The notes under the pieces: generated by a model | Database searches by the model: none | Told to the model about the DNA's origin: nothing | Seen by the model: the letters and a program-made list of their open reading frames with translations, nothing else | Program-made: the position numbers and the translations under genes | Source of the DNA: an uncultured delta proteobacterium | GTDB lineage: Bacteria > Myxococcota_A > Polyangia > Polyangiales > JAFGIB01 | Direction of reading: 5' to 3' | NCBI GenBank assembly: GCA_963778655.1 | Contig: CAVZVA010000009.1 | Location: forward strand, 1,280,001 to 1,344,000 | DNA length: 64,000 bases | Part shown: positions 38,983-50,675 of the stretch, one piece after another | Position numbering within the stretch: position 1 is the first letter of the stretch | Layout: each line of letters starts with the position of its first letter

Positions 38983-39918
38983 ATGCAGACCAGCGCCTTT
39001 CGCCTCGCCGCTGACGACGGCGTCGAGCTTCACGTCTACCGCTGGAAACCCGATGCGGGCGCTTCCAAGGCCGTGGTCCAGATCGCCCATGGGATGGCGG
39101 AGCACGCGGGTCGCTACGCGCGCACGGCGGAGCAGCTGACGGCGGCCGGCTACACGGTGTACGCGGATGACCACCGGGGTCACGGCCGGACCGCGCTGGC
39201 GCCGGGGGATCTGGGCTATCTGGCTGATCACGACGGCTTTGCGCGCGTGAGCGAGGATCTGTATCGGCTGAACCGGCGCATCACGGAAGACCACCCGGAC
39301 CTGCCGCTGTACCTGCTCGGCCACAGCATGGGATCGCTGGTGACGCAGCGCTATCTGTTCACCCACGGCGAGAGCATCGCCGGCGCGATCCTCAGCGGGA
39401 CCGGGGGCGGTACCGCGGCGGCGGCGCGCGCGGGTCTGGTGATCGCCAAGGTCGAGCGCCTGCGGCTCGGTCCGCGCGGGCGCAGCGCGCTGCTGCAGAA
39501 GCTTTCCTTCGGCAGCTACAACAAGCGCTTCCAGCCCGCGCGTACCGCCTTCGATTGGCTCTCGCGCGACGCGGCCGAGGTCGACAAGTACATCGCGGAC
39601 CCCCTGTGCGGTTTCGATTTCACGGTGCAGGGCTGGATCGACGTGCTCGAGGGCGTGGTCGAGATCGAGCGCGCGGAGAACATCGCGCGCGTGCCGTTCG
39701 CGTTGCCGATCTACCTGTTCAGCGGCGCGCTGGACCCCGTGGGGCGCGAGACGGTGGGCGTGAAGTGGTGGATCGACGCATACGCCCGAGCCGGGGTGAA
39801 GGACGTGAGCCAGCGGTTCTATCCCGGCGGGCGTCACGAGATGCTGAACGAAGAGAATCGGGATGAGGTTCACCGCGATTTGATCGCGTGGCTCGACGCT
39901 GCGCTGGCCCGTCGATGA
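38983..39918 (+). CDS. Alpha/beta hydrolase (lysophospholipase/monoglyceride lipase family)
   Basis: HGMAEHAGRY, DHRGHG, GHSMG nucleophile elbow and RHEMLNE. Confidence 0.92.
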   Translation: MQTSAFRLAADDGVELHVYRWKPDAGASKAVVQIAHGMAEHAGRYARTAEQLTAAGYTVYADDHRGHGRTALAPGDLGYLADHDGFARVSEDLYRLNRRITEDHPDLPLYLLGHSMGSLVTQRYLFTHGESIAGAILSGTGGGTAAAARAGLVIAKVERLRLGPRGRSALLQKLSFGSYNKRFQPARTAFDWLSRDAAEVDKYIADPLCGFDFTVQGWIDVLEGVVEIERAENIARVPFALPIYLFSGALDPVGRETVGVKWWIDAYARAGVKDVSQRFYPGGRHEMLNEENRDEVHRDLIAWLDAALARR

Positions 39919-42371
39919 CGGCGGACGAGATTGCGGCCGGGCTGCAGTCTTGTCTGGCCGAAGTCGTGCCCGGCGAGCGCGCGCGCAGCCAGCTCGCCGC
40001 GGGCCTGCGCGCGCAGGCCGCGGCGCTGGCGTTGTCCGAGGGCGAGCTGTCCGCGCTGTGCGTTGCGATCGAGCGCGGCGCGAGCCGGCGCGAGCTGGCG
40101 GTCGCGGCGGCCACAGCGATGCGCTTGCTGGCCAGCGCTCGCGCGCGCGAGGCCGACGCCCAAGCACCCGAGCCGCCCCCGCGCACGACGCGCGGGCGGG
40201 GCTGGCTGGAGCGGGCGCAGGCGCGCGCGCTGGCCGCGGACCCCAAGGCCCTGGCCGTGGAGCAGCGGCCGGTGGAGAGCCTGCCCGGCGTGGGGCCGGC
40301 GATCGGGCTCGCGCTGCGGGCGCGCGGGCTGTCCACGCTGGGCGAGCTCGCGTGGCTGCTGCCGCTCGGCTACCACGACGAGCGCGAGCTGGTTCCGATC
40401 GCCGAGCTCACGACCGGCGCGCGCCAGGTGACCGAGGGCCGCGTGGTGAGCGCGCAGGCGAGCCCGTTCGGGCGCGGCCGCAGGCGCGCCGAGGTGCTGT
40501 TCGAGCAGCCGGGCGGAGGTTCGGCCGGCGGCGCGCGCCTGCGCGCGGTGTGGTTTCGCGCGCCGCAGGGCCTGCTCGCGCGCTTTCGAGCGGGCGAGCG
40601 CTTTCGCCTGGCAGGCACGGTGGAGCGCTTCGGCGGCATGGCCTCGATGACGCATCCGCAGACAGAGCGCCTGGGCCGCGAGCCCGCGCGCCCGGGCGGG
40701 ATCGTGCCGCGCTATTCGGCGGTTCCAGGGGTTGCGCCGCGCGTGCTCGCGCGTCTGGTCCGCACGGCCGCGGAACGCTGCGCGGCGGTGCTGCCGGAGG
40801 CGGTGCCGCACGCGCAGCGGCGCGAGCACGGCCTGAGCGAGGTGGCCGACGCGCTGCGCGCGCTGCACGCGCCGCCCGACGCGCTGCAGCCCGAGCAGCT
40901 GCTGCGCTGGAACGAGCAGCGCACCGAGCACCACGCACGGCTGGCGTTCGAGGAGTTCTTTTTGCTCGAGCTGGCCTTGAGCCGGCGGCGTGCGGAGGAG
41001 CGCAGCCTGCTGGCCGAGCCGCTGGACGCCCCGCCCGAGCCGCTGCAGCGCGCGCGGCGCGCGCTCGGTTTCGAGCTCACCCAAGCGCAACAGCGCGTGG
41101 TCGAGGAGATCGGCGCGGAGCTGCGCGGGCACAAGCCGATGCGCCGCCTGCTGCAGGGCGACGTGGGCTCGGGCAAGACCGCGGTCGCGTTGCTGGCCGC
41201 GGCCCAGGCCGTGGCTTGCTCGGCGCAGGTGGCGTTCATGGCGCCGACCGAAGTGCTGGCCGAGCAGCACTTCCGGGCGCTCGGCAAGCTGGCGCAGGCG
41301 ATGGGTTTGCGCACCGCGCTGGCGCTGGGCGGGGAGCGCGCATCGCATCGCCGCAAGACGCGCAAGGCGCTCGAGGAGGGCCGCGTCGACCTGGTAGTGG
41401 GCACCCACGCGCTGCTCTCCGAGGGTGTGCGCTTTGCGCGCCTTCGACTGGTCGTGGTCGACGAGCAGCACCGCTTCGGAGTGGCGCAGCGTCTGCGCCT
41501 GTTGCACAAGGCGCAAGGACTGGCGCCCCACCTGCTGGTGATGACGGCGACACCGATTCCGCGCAGCCTCGCGCTCGCGCTGCACGGAGACCTTGCCGCC
41601 AGCGTGCTCGACGAGATGCCGCCCGGCCGCATCCCGCCCGTGACGCGAGCCTATACCAGCGCCGAACGGGACGAGGCGCTGCGGCAGCTGCGCCGCGGGC
41701 TGGACAAGGGGGGGCGCGCGTTCGTCGTGTGTCCCACGATCGAGCCCAACGAGGAGAGCGGCCTGCGCTCGGCGCTCGAGACCCACGAAGATCTGACGCA
41801 GCAGCTGGCGGGTGTGCCGGTCGCGCTGCTGCACGGCCGCCTGCCCGCCGAGGAGCGGCAGCGCGCGATGGAACGCTTCGCGAGCGGCGACGCGCGCGTG
41901 CTGGTCTCTACCACCATCGTCGAGGTCGGCGTGGACGTGCCGGAGGCCAACGTGATGTTGATCGAGCAGGCGGAGCGCTTCGGCTTGGCCCAGCTGCACC
42001 AGCTGCGGGGGCGGGTGGGGCGCGGCGGCCAGCGTAGCGCGTGCCTGCTGGTGCACGAGGCGGCCGGCGAGGAGTCGCGCGCGCGGATTCGCATTCTGTG
42101 CGAGCAGAGCGACGGCTTTCGCATCGCGGAAGAAGACCTGCGCCTGCGCGGGCCGGGTGAGCTGTTCGGCCGAAAGCAGAGCGGGCTGCCGGGCTTTCGC
42201 TTCGGCGACCTGCGGCGCGACCTGCCGCTGCTCGCCCAGGCGCGGCAGCTGGCGGTTGCGCTGCTCGAGCGCGATCCGGAGCTTCTCGCGCCCGAGCACG
42301 ACGACACCCGGCGGGCGCTTGCGATGTTGGCCGAGAGCGACCGCGCCCTGGTCAAGGAAGAGGCCGGCTGA
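39915..42371 (+). CDS. recG: ATP-dependent DNA helicase RecG
   Basis: LLQGDVGSGKT, DEQHRFGV, MTATPIPRSL, QLHQLRGRVGRG and DLRLRGPGE; ATGA overlap with the upstream gene. Confidence 0.96.
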   Translation: MTADEIAAGLQSCLAEVVPGERARSQLAAGLRAQAAALALSEGELSALCVAIERGASRRELAVAAATAMRLLASARAREADAQAPEPPPRTTRGRGWLERAQARALAADPKALAVEQRPVESLPGVGPAIGLALRARGLSTLGELAWLLPLGYHDERELVPIAELTTGARQVTEGRVVSAQASPFGRGRRRAEVLFEQPGGGSAGGARLRAVWFRAPQGLLARFRAGERFRLAGTVERFGGMASMTHPQTERLGREPARPGGIVPRYSAVPGVAPRVLARLVRTAAERCAAVLPEAVPHAQRREHGLSEVADALRALHAPPDALQPEQLLRWNEQRTEHHARLAFEEFFLLELALSRRRAEERSLLAEPLDAPPEPLQRARRALGFELTQAQQRVVEEIGAELRGHKPMRRLLQGDVGSGKTAVALLAAAQAVACSAQVAFMAPTEVLAEQHFRALGKLAQAMGLRTALALGGERASHRRKTRKALEEGRVDLVVGTHALLSEGVRFARLRLVVVDEQHRFGVAQRLRLLHKAQGLAPHLLVMTATPIPRSLALALHGDLAASVLDEMPPGRIPPVTRAYTSAERDEALRQLRRGLDKGGRAFVVCPTIEPNEESGLRSALETHEDLTQQLAGVPVALLHGRLPAEERQRAMERFASGDARVLVSTTIVEVGVDVPEANVMLIEQAERFGLAQLHQLRGRVGRGGQRSACLLVHEAAGEESRARIRILCEQSDGFRIAEEDLRLRGPGELFGRKQSGLPGFRFGDLRRDLPLLAQARQLAVALLERDPELLAPEHDDTRRALAMLAESDRALVKEEAG

Positions 42372-45300
42372 TGCCTGCTGCGGCCGGCATGTCCCGCTAC
42401 CTGCTGGCGGGGCTTCTGCTCGCGTGCCTGGAGCTGGCTCTGGTGCTCGGCACCGCGCGCGGGCTGTTCGGATTCTGCGCGCGAGCTCGCGCTGTACGCG
42501 TGGCTGGCGCTGTCGGCGTTGCCCGCTTTGTGCTGCGCGCTGGGCCTGCTCGCGCACGGCGTGCTGGCCGCGCTCGGCCGCGGGGCGGAGCCGGGCGGGC
42601 CCGCTCACGTGCGTCGTGTGCGCCGATTCGTGTTTGCGCTTGGCTTGCCCTGCGCGGCGTGGATCGCGTGGGCGCTCAGCGCCGGCCGCCGTGCGCGCGC
42701 GGTGCCCGGGCGCGCGCTGTGGGTGGCACTCGCGGCGCTGCTGGCCGCCGGCGTGCTGGCGCTGGCCGCGGGCGCGCTGCTGCGGCTGCGCGTGCGGGCG
42801 CGGGCGCGCCGGCGCTGGGCGATCGCGGTCGCGCTGCTCGCGCTCTGTAGCGCCGCGCTGGCGTTCGACATGCACGTGTTGCAGCGGCTGTACCCGGCGT
42901 TTCACCTGACGCTGGCGGCGCTGGCCGCGGCCGCGGCGCTGGCCGCGGCGAGCCTGTGGGACGTGCCGGGCGGCGGCCGCGGCCGCGTGCCGTGGCTGCT
43001 GTGGATCGCGCTGCTAGTCGCGAGCGCGCTGAGTTGGCGCGCGCTCGCAGTCGCGCCCAACACGCGCTTCGCGATCGGTCAGAGCGCTCCGCTCAGCGGC
43101 AAGTTGCTGCGACTGAGCCGGCTGCGCGCTGCGCGCAAGCCGCGGCCCGCACCGCGACCGCCGCGGCCGGCCGCGCTGGCCGAACGGCGCGAGCAGCGCG
43201 GCGGCATCGACCTGCGCGGCCGCGATGTGCTGCTCATCACCATCGACGCGCTGCGCGCCGATCGCCTGCGCGCGTACGGCGGGCACGGGCTGACCCCCGG
43301 GCTCGACGCGCTGGCCGCGGAATCGGTGGTGTTCCTGCGCGCCTACACGCCCACGCCGCACACCTCGTACGCGCTCTCCAGCCTGATGACCGCCAAGTAC
43401 ATGCAGCCGCTGCTGTCGCTGGACGAGCGCAGCCACGACCACGCCACCTTGGCGCGCCTGTTGCGACAGCATGGCTACCGCACCGCGGCGTTCTTTCCGC
43501 CCGCGGTGTTCTTCGTCGACGGCGAGCGCTTCGACTGGTTGCGCCGAGATCGGCTCGGCTTCGAATACGTCAAGGCGATGTTCGTGACCGCCGCCGAGCG
43601 CGTGCGGCAGCTCGAGACCTACCTGGCGCTTGCCCCTCCCGACCATCCCTTGTTCGCCTGGGTGCACCTGTTCGAGCCGCACGAGCCCTACGAGCCGCCG
43701 GCCGAGTTCGCGCGCGGCGATTCGCCGCTCGAGCGCTACGACGGCGAGGTGGCGGCGGCCGACGCCAGCGTGCCGAAGCTGGTCGCAGCATTCCGGCGCG
43801 CGCGTCCGGGCGCGACCGTGATCGTCACCGCCGACCACGGCGAGGAGTTCGGCGAGCACGGCGGCAGCCACCACGGCACCACGTTGTTCGACGAGCAGGT
43901 GCGCGTGCCGCTGCTGTGGTCGTCACCCGGCCAGACCCATTCCGGCACGGTCTCAGCCGCGGTCGATCTGGTCGATCTCGGCACCACGCTGCTCTCCGCG
44001 CTGGGGATCGCGCGCGACGCGCGCATGCGCGGCGGCGATCTCGGCCCGTTGCTGGCGGGCGCGGCGGCACCGCCGGGGCGCCACGCCTTCGGCTTCATCG
44101 AGGGCGCGCGCATGGTGACCGACGGGCGCCTGAAGCTGATCTGTGGCGAGAGCGAGTGCCAGCTGTTCGACCTCGTGCGCGACGCGGCCGAGCGCAACGA
44201 CCTCGCTGAGCGGCGCCCGCAGCAGGTGTCCGCCCTGCGCGAGCAGCTCGACGATTTCGTGGCGTCACTGCCGCGCGTGGAGGCGCTGCCGATGGGCGCG
44301 CGCGGCGGCTGGCCCGAGGCGTTGACCCGGGCGCGGCTGGGGGACGCCACCGCTGCGCCCGAGCTGGTGCCGCTGCTGTCGTCCGCGCGTCCGGAAGTGC
44401 GTGCCGCGGCGGCGCGCGCGTTGGGGGAGCTGGGGTCGGCGGCTGCGCGCAACGTGCTCTCCGGCATGCGCGCCGAGGACGGCGACGCAGCCGTGCGCGC
44501 GGAGGCCGCGATCGCGGCGCTGCGCCTGGGCGAGCATGAAGCGCAGGCGCAGGTGGCCGCGCTGCTGCCTGCGACCGCGTCGCCCGGGGAGCGCACGCTG
44601 CGCGCCGCGCTCGCGCTCGCGGGCGCGGGCGACGCCGCCGGGCAGGGCGTGCTGCTGGCGGTCGCGGCCGACTCGGGCGCGCAGCTGGAGGCGAGGGCCG
44701 CGGCCGTGCGCGCGCTGGGCGCGCTCGCTGCGCGCGGGGCGCTCGCGCCGGGCAGGGCGCGCGGGGTGCTCGCGAGCTTGCTGCAGGACGTGACGCTTCG
44801 CACGGATGCGGCCGACGCGCTGGGGCGCAGCGGCGACCGGCGGGCGGTCCCGGAGCTCGCGCGCGCGCTGCGGGTCGAGCGCTACCCGCTGGCGCGCGCG
44901 GCCGAGGCGCGCGCATTGCTCGTGCTCGGTGCGCGCCGCGCCGCGCTGCCGGCGATCAAGCGCTTTCTGGGCACCGAGAGCGGCCTGCCCGGCGGGGTGG
45001 GGCTGCTGCTGCAGGCCGGCGCGTTGCGGCCGCCCGGAGGCGGCGGCGCCGACCTGCGCGCCGCCCATGCGGTGCGGCGCGGCCCATGGCAGTGCAGCGC
45101 GGCCGGCTGCCGCCCGCTTGCAGGCGCTGCCATCGCGCTGCCGTTGGGCGGCGCGCCGCCGCCGGCCACGGCCCGCGCCGTGCTGCGCGTGAAGGTGGAG
45201 CAGGGCGGCTCACAGCTGCGCCTGGATGGCAGCCCGCGGCCGCTCGACGCGGGCGTCAGCGAGCTTCCGATCGCGCTGCCGCAAACCCGCGGCGCGCCGA

Positions 45301-45383
45301 TCACGGTCGAGGCCGACCCCGGCGTGTGGCTGCAAGCGATCGCGGTCGTGCCCGCCCGCCCGGAGCCCGTTTCCACCCCCTGA
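42371..45383 (+). CDS. Multi-TM alkaline-phosphatase-superfamily (sulfatase-like) protein with C-terminal HEAT repeats; apparent +1 frameshift near 42470
   Basis: ITIDALRAD, WVHLFEPHEPY and TADHGE...HHG. The N-terminal TM starting at 42371/42389 joins the long ORF only if one G in TTCGGAT is skipped (LF-DSARELALYAWLAL). Confidence 0.8.
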
Positions 45384-45408
45384 GCCCGGCGCGAGCGCGG
45401 AGCAGAGG

Positions 45409-45861
45409 TTACAGCAACAGATTGCAGACCGCGGTGCGTAGGTCGTCGAGCTCGAACGGCTTGTCGAACACCGCAGCTGCGCCCAGGCGTCGCGCCTCGG
45501 CGTGCGTCTGGCGGTCGCCGAAGCCCGTGATCAGGATGACCGGCATCGCCCAGTCGGCCCAGCGCAACCCCGCCAGTACGTCCAGGCCGTTGCGGCCCGG
45601 CATGCGGATGTCGGAGATCAGCAGGTCGACCAGCTCGTCGCTATCGCTCTTGAGTCGGTGTGTGGCCAGGTACTGCAACAGCTGCCAGCCGTCGCGGACC
45701 TCGATCACCTCGTAGCCGTCCTTGCGCAGCGCCGAGGCGACCATCTTGCGCATTTCGTCGTCGTCCTCCGCGAGCAGGACGCGTGCCGGCGGTAGCTCTT
45801 GCTCGCTTTCGGCCTGCGGGTGCTCGCCTGTGCTCTGCATGTGCGTGCCCTCCTGGTGCAT
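45409..45861 (-). CDS. Single-domain response regulator (receiver only)
   Basis: LLAEDD, LISDIRMPG, ILITGF and FDKPF; start may be 45840. Confidence 0.9.
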   Translation of the reverse strand: MHQEGTHMQSTGEHPQAESEQELPPARVLLAEDDDEMRKMVASALRKDGYEVIEVRDGWQLLQYLATHRLKSDSDELVDLLISDIRMPGRNGLDVLAGLRWADWAMPVILITGFGDRQTHAEARRLGAAAVFDKPFELDDLRTAVCNLLL

Positions 45862-45897
45862 GGGCAGGCTGGTCGCCCGCTCTCACCAGACCGTTCC

Positions 45898-45913
45898 TGC
45901 ATCCGCCGTGCCA
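45898..45913 (-). promoter_or_regulatory. sigma54 (-24/-12) promoter upstream of the single-domain receiver
   Basis: Minus strand TGGCACG-GCGG-ATGCA with correct GG-N10-GC spacing. Confidence 0.7.
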
Positions 45914-46022
45914 CATCCGGAACGCGGCACCTTTGCGCGTTTCGGCGTCGCGGCTCGCGGCCTTGGCCGTCGCGTTCTGCCCCGTGCCGAGGCAGCCTGG
46001 CACGAGGGCTGATGCGGTCGGC

Positions 46023-47401
<1,379 letters not shown>

Positions 47402-47405
<4 letters not shown>

Positions 47406-48874
47406 ACGTTTGTCTCCGTGTTCGCCGGCGGCAGGTACACGGTGAACGTGCTGCCCTTTCCGGGCTGGCTCTCAAGGGTGATGAACCCGCCGTGCTCGCG
47501 TACGATGCCATATGCCACGGACAAGCCCAGCCCGGTGCCCTTACCCACATCCTTGGTGGTGAAGAACGGCTCGAACACGCGGCTGGCGGTCTCGGGGTCC
47601 ATGCCGCAGCCGTCGTCCTTGACGCACACCCCGCGGAACGCGGCCTCCGGGCCCCCGTGATCGGCCGGGGGTATGACGCGCTCCGAGACGCAGCGCACCG
47701 ACACGTGGCCTCCGCGATCGGTGGCCTGCAGCGCGTTGGCGACGATGTTCATCAGCACCTGCTGGATCTGGCCCTCGTCGGCCAGGGCCACGCAGGCACC
47801 CGTACCGCGGTCGAAGGTGAGCGCGATCCCACGCTCATCGGCCATCTGCGCGAGCAGGGCGACGGCGTGCTCGGCCATCGGGTGCAGGTCCGTGGTCACG
47901 CGCTCGGGTGCGCGCTTGCGCGCGAAGTCGAGCAGCTGGCGTATGATCTGCGTGATGCGCCGGGCCTGCTCGGTGATGATGCGCGCGCTGCTCGCGATCT
48001 CATCGCCGGTGGCTTCGCCCGAAGCGATCATCTGCGCGCGTCCGGCCACCACGTTGAGCGGTGTGCCGAGCTCGTGCGCCACGCCCGAGGCGAGCTTGCC
48101 CACGGTCGCGAGCCGGTCGGCGTGGCGCAGCTGCTCGAGCGCGGCGATGCGCGCCTCGGTCGCGATCCGCAGTCGCTCGTGGGCGGCGGCGAGCTGCTCG
48201 CACATGGCGTTGAGCTCGCGCGCCAACTCGCCCATCTCGTCGCGCTGGGTGAGCGTGAGCGGTCCGCTCAAGTCGCCGGCGCCGATGCGCCGGGTCTTCG
48301 CCACCAGCGCGCCGGCGGGCCGCCCGACGAAGAACACGCCGATGCCCGAGATCACTAGGATGCTGGTGCCCAGCAGCACCGCCGAGCGCAGCGCCGTGTC
48401 GCGCAGCGTGGTGCCGACGTAGGCGTGCTCGGCGGCCAGCGATTCGGTGATCTCGACCGCACCGCGGCGCGGCCCCGGCACGTCGACCGGTACATACGTC
48501 CGCATCGCCCCGATGCCGTCCGCGGCGTTGTCGACCCGCAACGTCACGGCATGACCCGCCAGCAGCCGGGCCGCTTCCTTGGCCGGGACGTGACGGCCCA
48601 CCACGCCCCCGGGGTGCAGCCACACCCAGCGGATGTCGATGTCGCCGCGGCTGCTGTCGACCTCGCGGACGAACGCCAGCCCGACCTCGGCGCCTTGCGC
48701 CTGCCAGACCCGGCGGACGGCGTGGCCAAGCGCGCTGCCGGTGAAACGGGCGTCCTTGCGCATGTCGCTCTCGAACAGCGAGATCTCGCGGTGGACGCGG
48801 GCCAGGGCGTCTCCGGAGATGACTGCGATGATCACGAGCGTCAGCGCAAAGATCAGCTTGCGCGCCAGTTGCAC
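47402..48874 (-). CDS. Membrane sensor histidine kinase (HAMP-HisKA-HATPase)
   Basis: Two TMs, HAMP, AHELGTPLN, N/D/F/G boxes (FEPFFTTK, GTGLGL); overlaps the regulator by ATGA. GTG start chosen at the first TM. Confidence 0.93.
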
Positions 48875-48958
48875 GGCGGAGTTGTAGCCGATTTGGCTGC
48901 GCCCGACGAATCGCGAGTTAGGGCCGGCAAAGCCGGTGGCCCTACCGCGCACGCGCGC

Positions 48959-50041
48959 CTAGGGCAGCACGCCCTTGCGGTAGGCCTCGCCCAGGGCGAC
49001 CACGACCTCTGCGGGCACGCCCAGCAGTGTCTCGGCGTAGTGGATCGGATCGCCGGCCTTGGGCTCGAGCACGAGCGTGCGGGCTTGCCTCGGGCCCTCC
49101 AGCACCGACCACACCGTGCGGCTCTGCAGCCGCAGCTTGCCCAGCTCGGTCCAGCGCAGCCGCCGCACGCCCGCGCGCGTTCGCAACAGCAGCTCGGCCG
49201 GGGTGAGGACCAGCGCGATGCCCTTGTGCGCAGCGTTCTCGCGCCTGCGCAGCAGCAGGAACAACCCCGGCACCAGCACCAGGCACAGCCCGATCACCGG
49301 GGCCACGGTCGGCGTCAGGCGCGCGCGCGCTGCGGCCGGCGTTCGCGCCAGCCCGTCGAGCAAGGCCAGGCCGAGCAGCAGTGTGGCGTTGGGCCCGCTG
49401 CGCAGCCAGGCGCGGCCGCGCTCGATCACCGCGGTGCCGCCGGGGCGCTCGCCTGCGGCGACCGCGTCGAACAGCTTGCTGGCGAGCTCGACCGGCTCGC
49501 GCTGCGGCGCATCCTGCGGCTGCGGGATGGCGCCGCGCCAGCGCATCAGGCGCTCGGCCAGCGCGCCCGGCGAGCGCGCGAACAGCGGCGGGATCGCGGT
49601 GTACAATCGGCCGCTGTCCGGACGCGTCACCACATACACGTCGGCCCAGCGCCCCGCCTCGTCGTGCTCTTGCCAGGCGCCGCGCTCGCAGATGTCGACC
49701 ACATCGTGCTTGAGCAGCGCCAGGTCGCCGTGTGGCGTGCGCAACAGCAGGCCCTGCTCGCACAGCGCGAGCGCGTAACGCCTGCGCTGCAACGCGGTGC
49801 GCACGCGCTGCCACAGCCGCGCGCCGAGCCATAGCGCGCGCACGCTGAGCGCGAGCGCCAACAGGCGCAGCGCCAGCGCGAGCGGGTCGAGCGGCTGGGA
49901 GAGACCCTCGCGGAACACGGCTGCCGCCCACACGAACGCCGCGAGCAGCGGCGCAACCAGGGCCCGCCGGCCTCCGGCGTCGAGCACCACCGGCGGCAGT
50001 GGGGCAAGCAGCTCGACCTCTTCGGCCGGCTCGCCCCGCAT
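48959..50041 (-). CDS. Membrane protein with two TM-pair plus PH-like modules
   Basis: Two TM pairs, each followed by similar segments (YALALCEQGLLLRT and IALVLTPAELLLRT). Confidence 0.6.
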   Translation of the reverse strand: MRGEPAEEVELLAPLPPVVLDAGGRRALVAPLLAAFVWAAAVFREGLSQPLDPLALALRLLALALSVRALWLGARLWQRVRTALQRRRYALALCEQGLLLRTPHGDLALLKHDVVDICERGAWQEHDEAGRWADVYVVTRPDSGRLYTAIPPLFARSPGALAERLMRWRGAIPQPQDAPQREPVELASKLFDAVAAGERPGGTAVIERGRAWLRSGPNATLLLGLALLDGLARTPAAARARLTPTVAPVIGLCLVLVPGLFLLLRRRENAAHKGIALVLTPAELLLRTRAGVRRLRWTELGKLRLQSRTVWSVLEGPRQARTLVLEPKAGDPIHYAETLLGVPAEVVVALGEAYRKGVLP

Positions 50042-50100
50042 CACCGCTTCCGCCCGTTCGAATCCAGCTCGCCATCGCGTGTGGGGTCCCCGGCGCCGGC

Positions 50101-50445
50101 TCAACGCGTGCAGGCGCAACGCCGTGCCGCCTGCGCGGCCAGGCCGCCGGCGCTGTGGCGGGCGTCGTGGCAGCGCGCGAGCGCGTCGGCGTCGGCGATT
50201 TGGGTTGCGATGCGGCAAATCCCGGCCTGCGCCCGGTCCGCGCCCGAGGCGGCCGAGCAGGCCTCGTCGCAGGGTGTGTCCGCGCGCGCGATCAGCGCGC
50301 GCGCACGCGCCACCGCAGCCTCGTGCACCTGAATCTGCGCAAAGGCCCGGTCCAGCGCGGCCTGCGTCGTGGCAGGCGCGCCCGCCCCCGCGCAGCCGGC
50401 CGCGCCGGCCAGCCAGAACAACCCGAATGCCAAGGCCTTGCCCAT
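50101..50445 (-). CDS. Small Cys-rich helical lipoprotein
   Basis: Lipobox AAG|C followed by six further Cys (CDEAC, IC, RC, CAC). Confidence 0.6.
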   Translation of the reverse strand: MGKALAFGLFWLAGAAGCAGAGAPATTQAALDRAFAQIQVHEAAVARARALIARADTPCDEACSAASGADRAQAGICRIATQIADADALARCHDARHSAGGLAAQAARRCACTR

Positions 50446-50471
50446 CTGACAAATGCGCCGCCGTCGGCGGC

Positions 50472-50499
50472 GTGAGGTATAACGCGGGTGAGGTATAAC
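50472..50499 (+). repeat. 12-bp perfect direct repeat GTGAGGTATAAC x2 in a divergent intergenic region
   Basis: Copies at 50472-50483 and 50488-50499. Confidence 0.8.
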
Positions 50500-50675
50500 A
50501 GGTGTCGGCATGGGGCGTCCGCCCCGGCGCTGATCGCGGCGCAGGTGCGGGTGCGCTGGCGGTGGGCTCGGTGCGGCGCGTGTCGGCGGTTGCAGATTCC
50601 GATTAGCAGAGCTTTTGCGCGACCGAGCCGGCGGGTGAAGCGAGGGCCTGCCCGAGATCAAGAGGGCTGTACGGC

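Noticed and set aside
39870..42905. 1011-aa minus-strand ORF and similar long antisense ORFs opposite gltD, gltG, gltI and prkA
   Set aside because: They are antisense shadows of well-supported genes and have no recognisable motifs.
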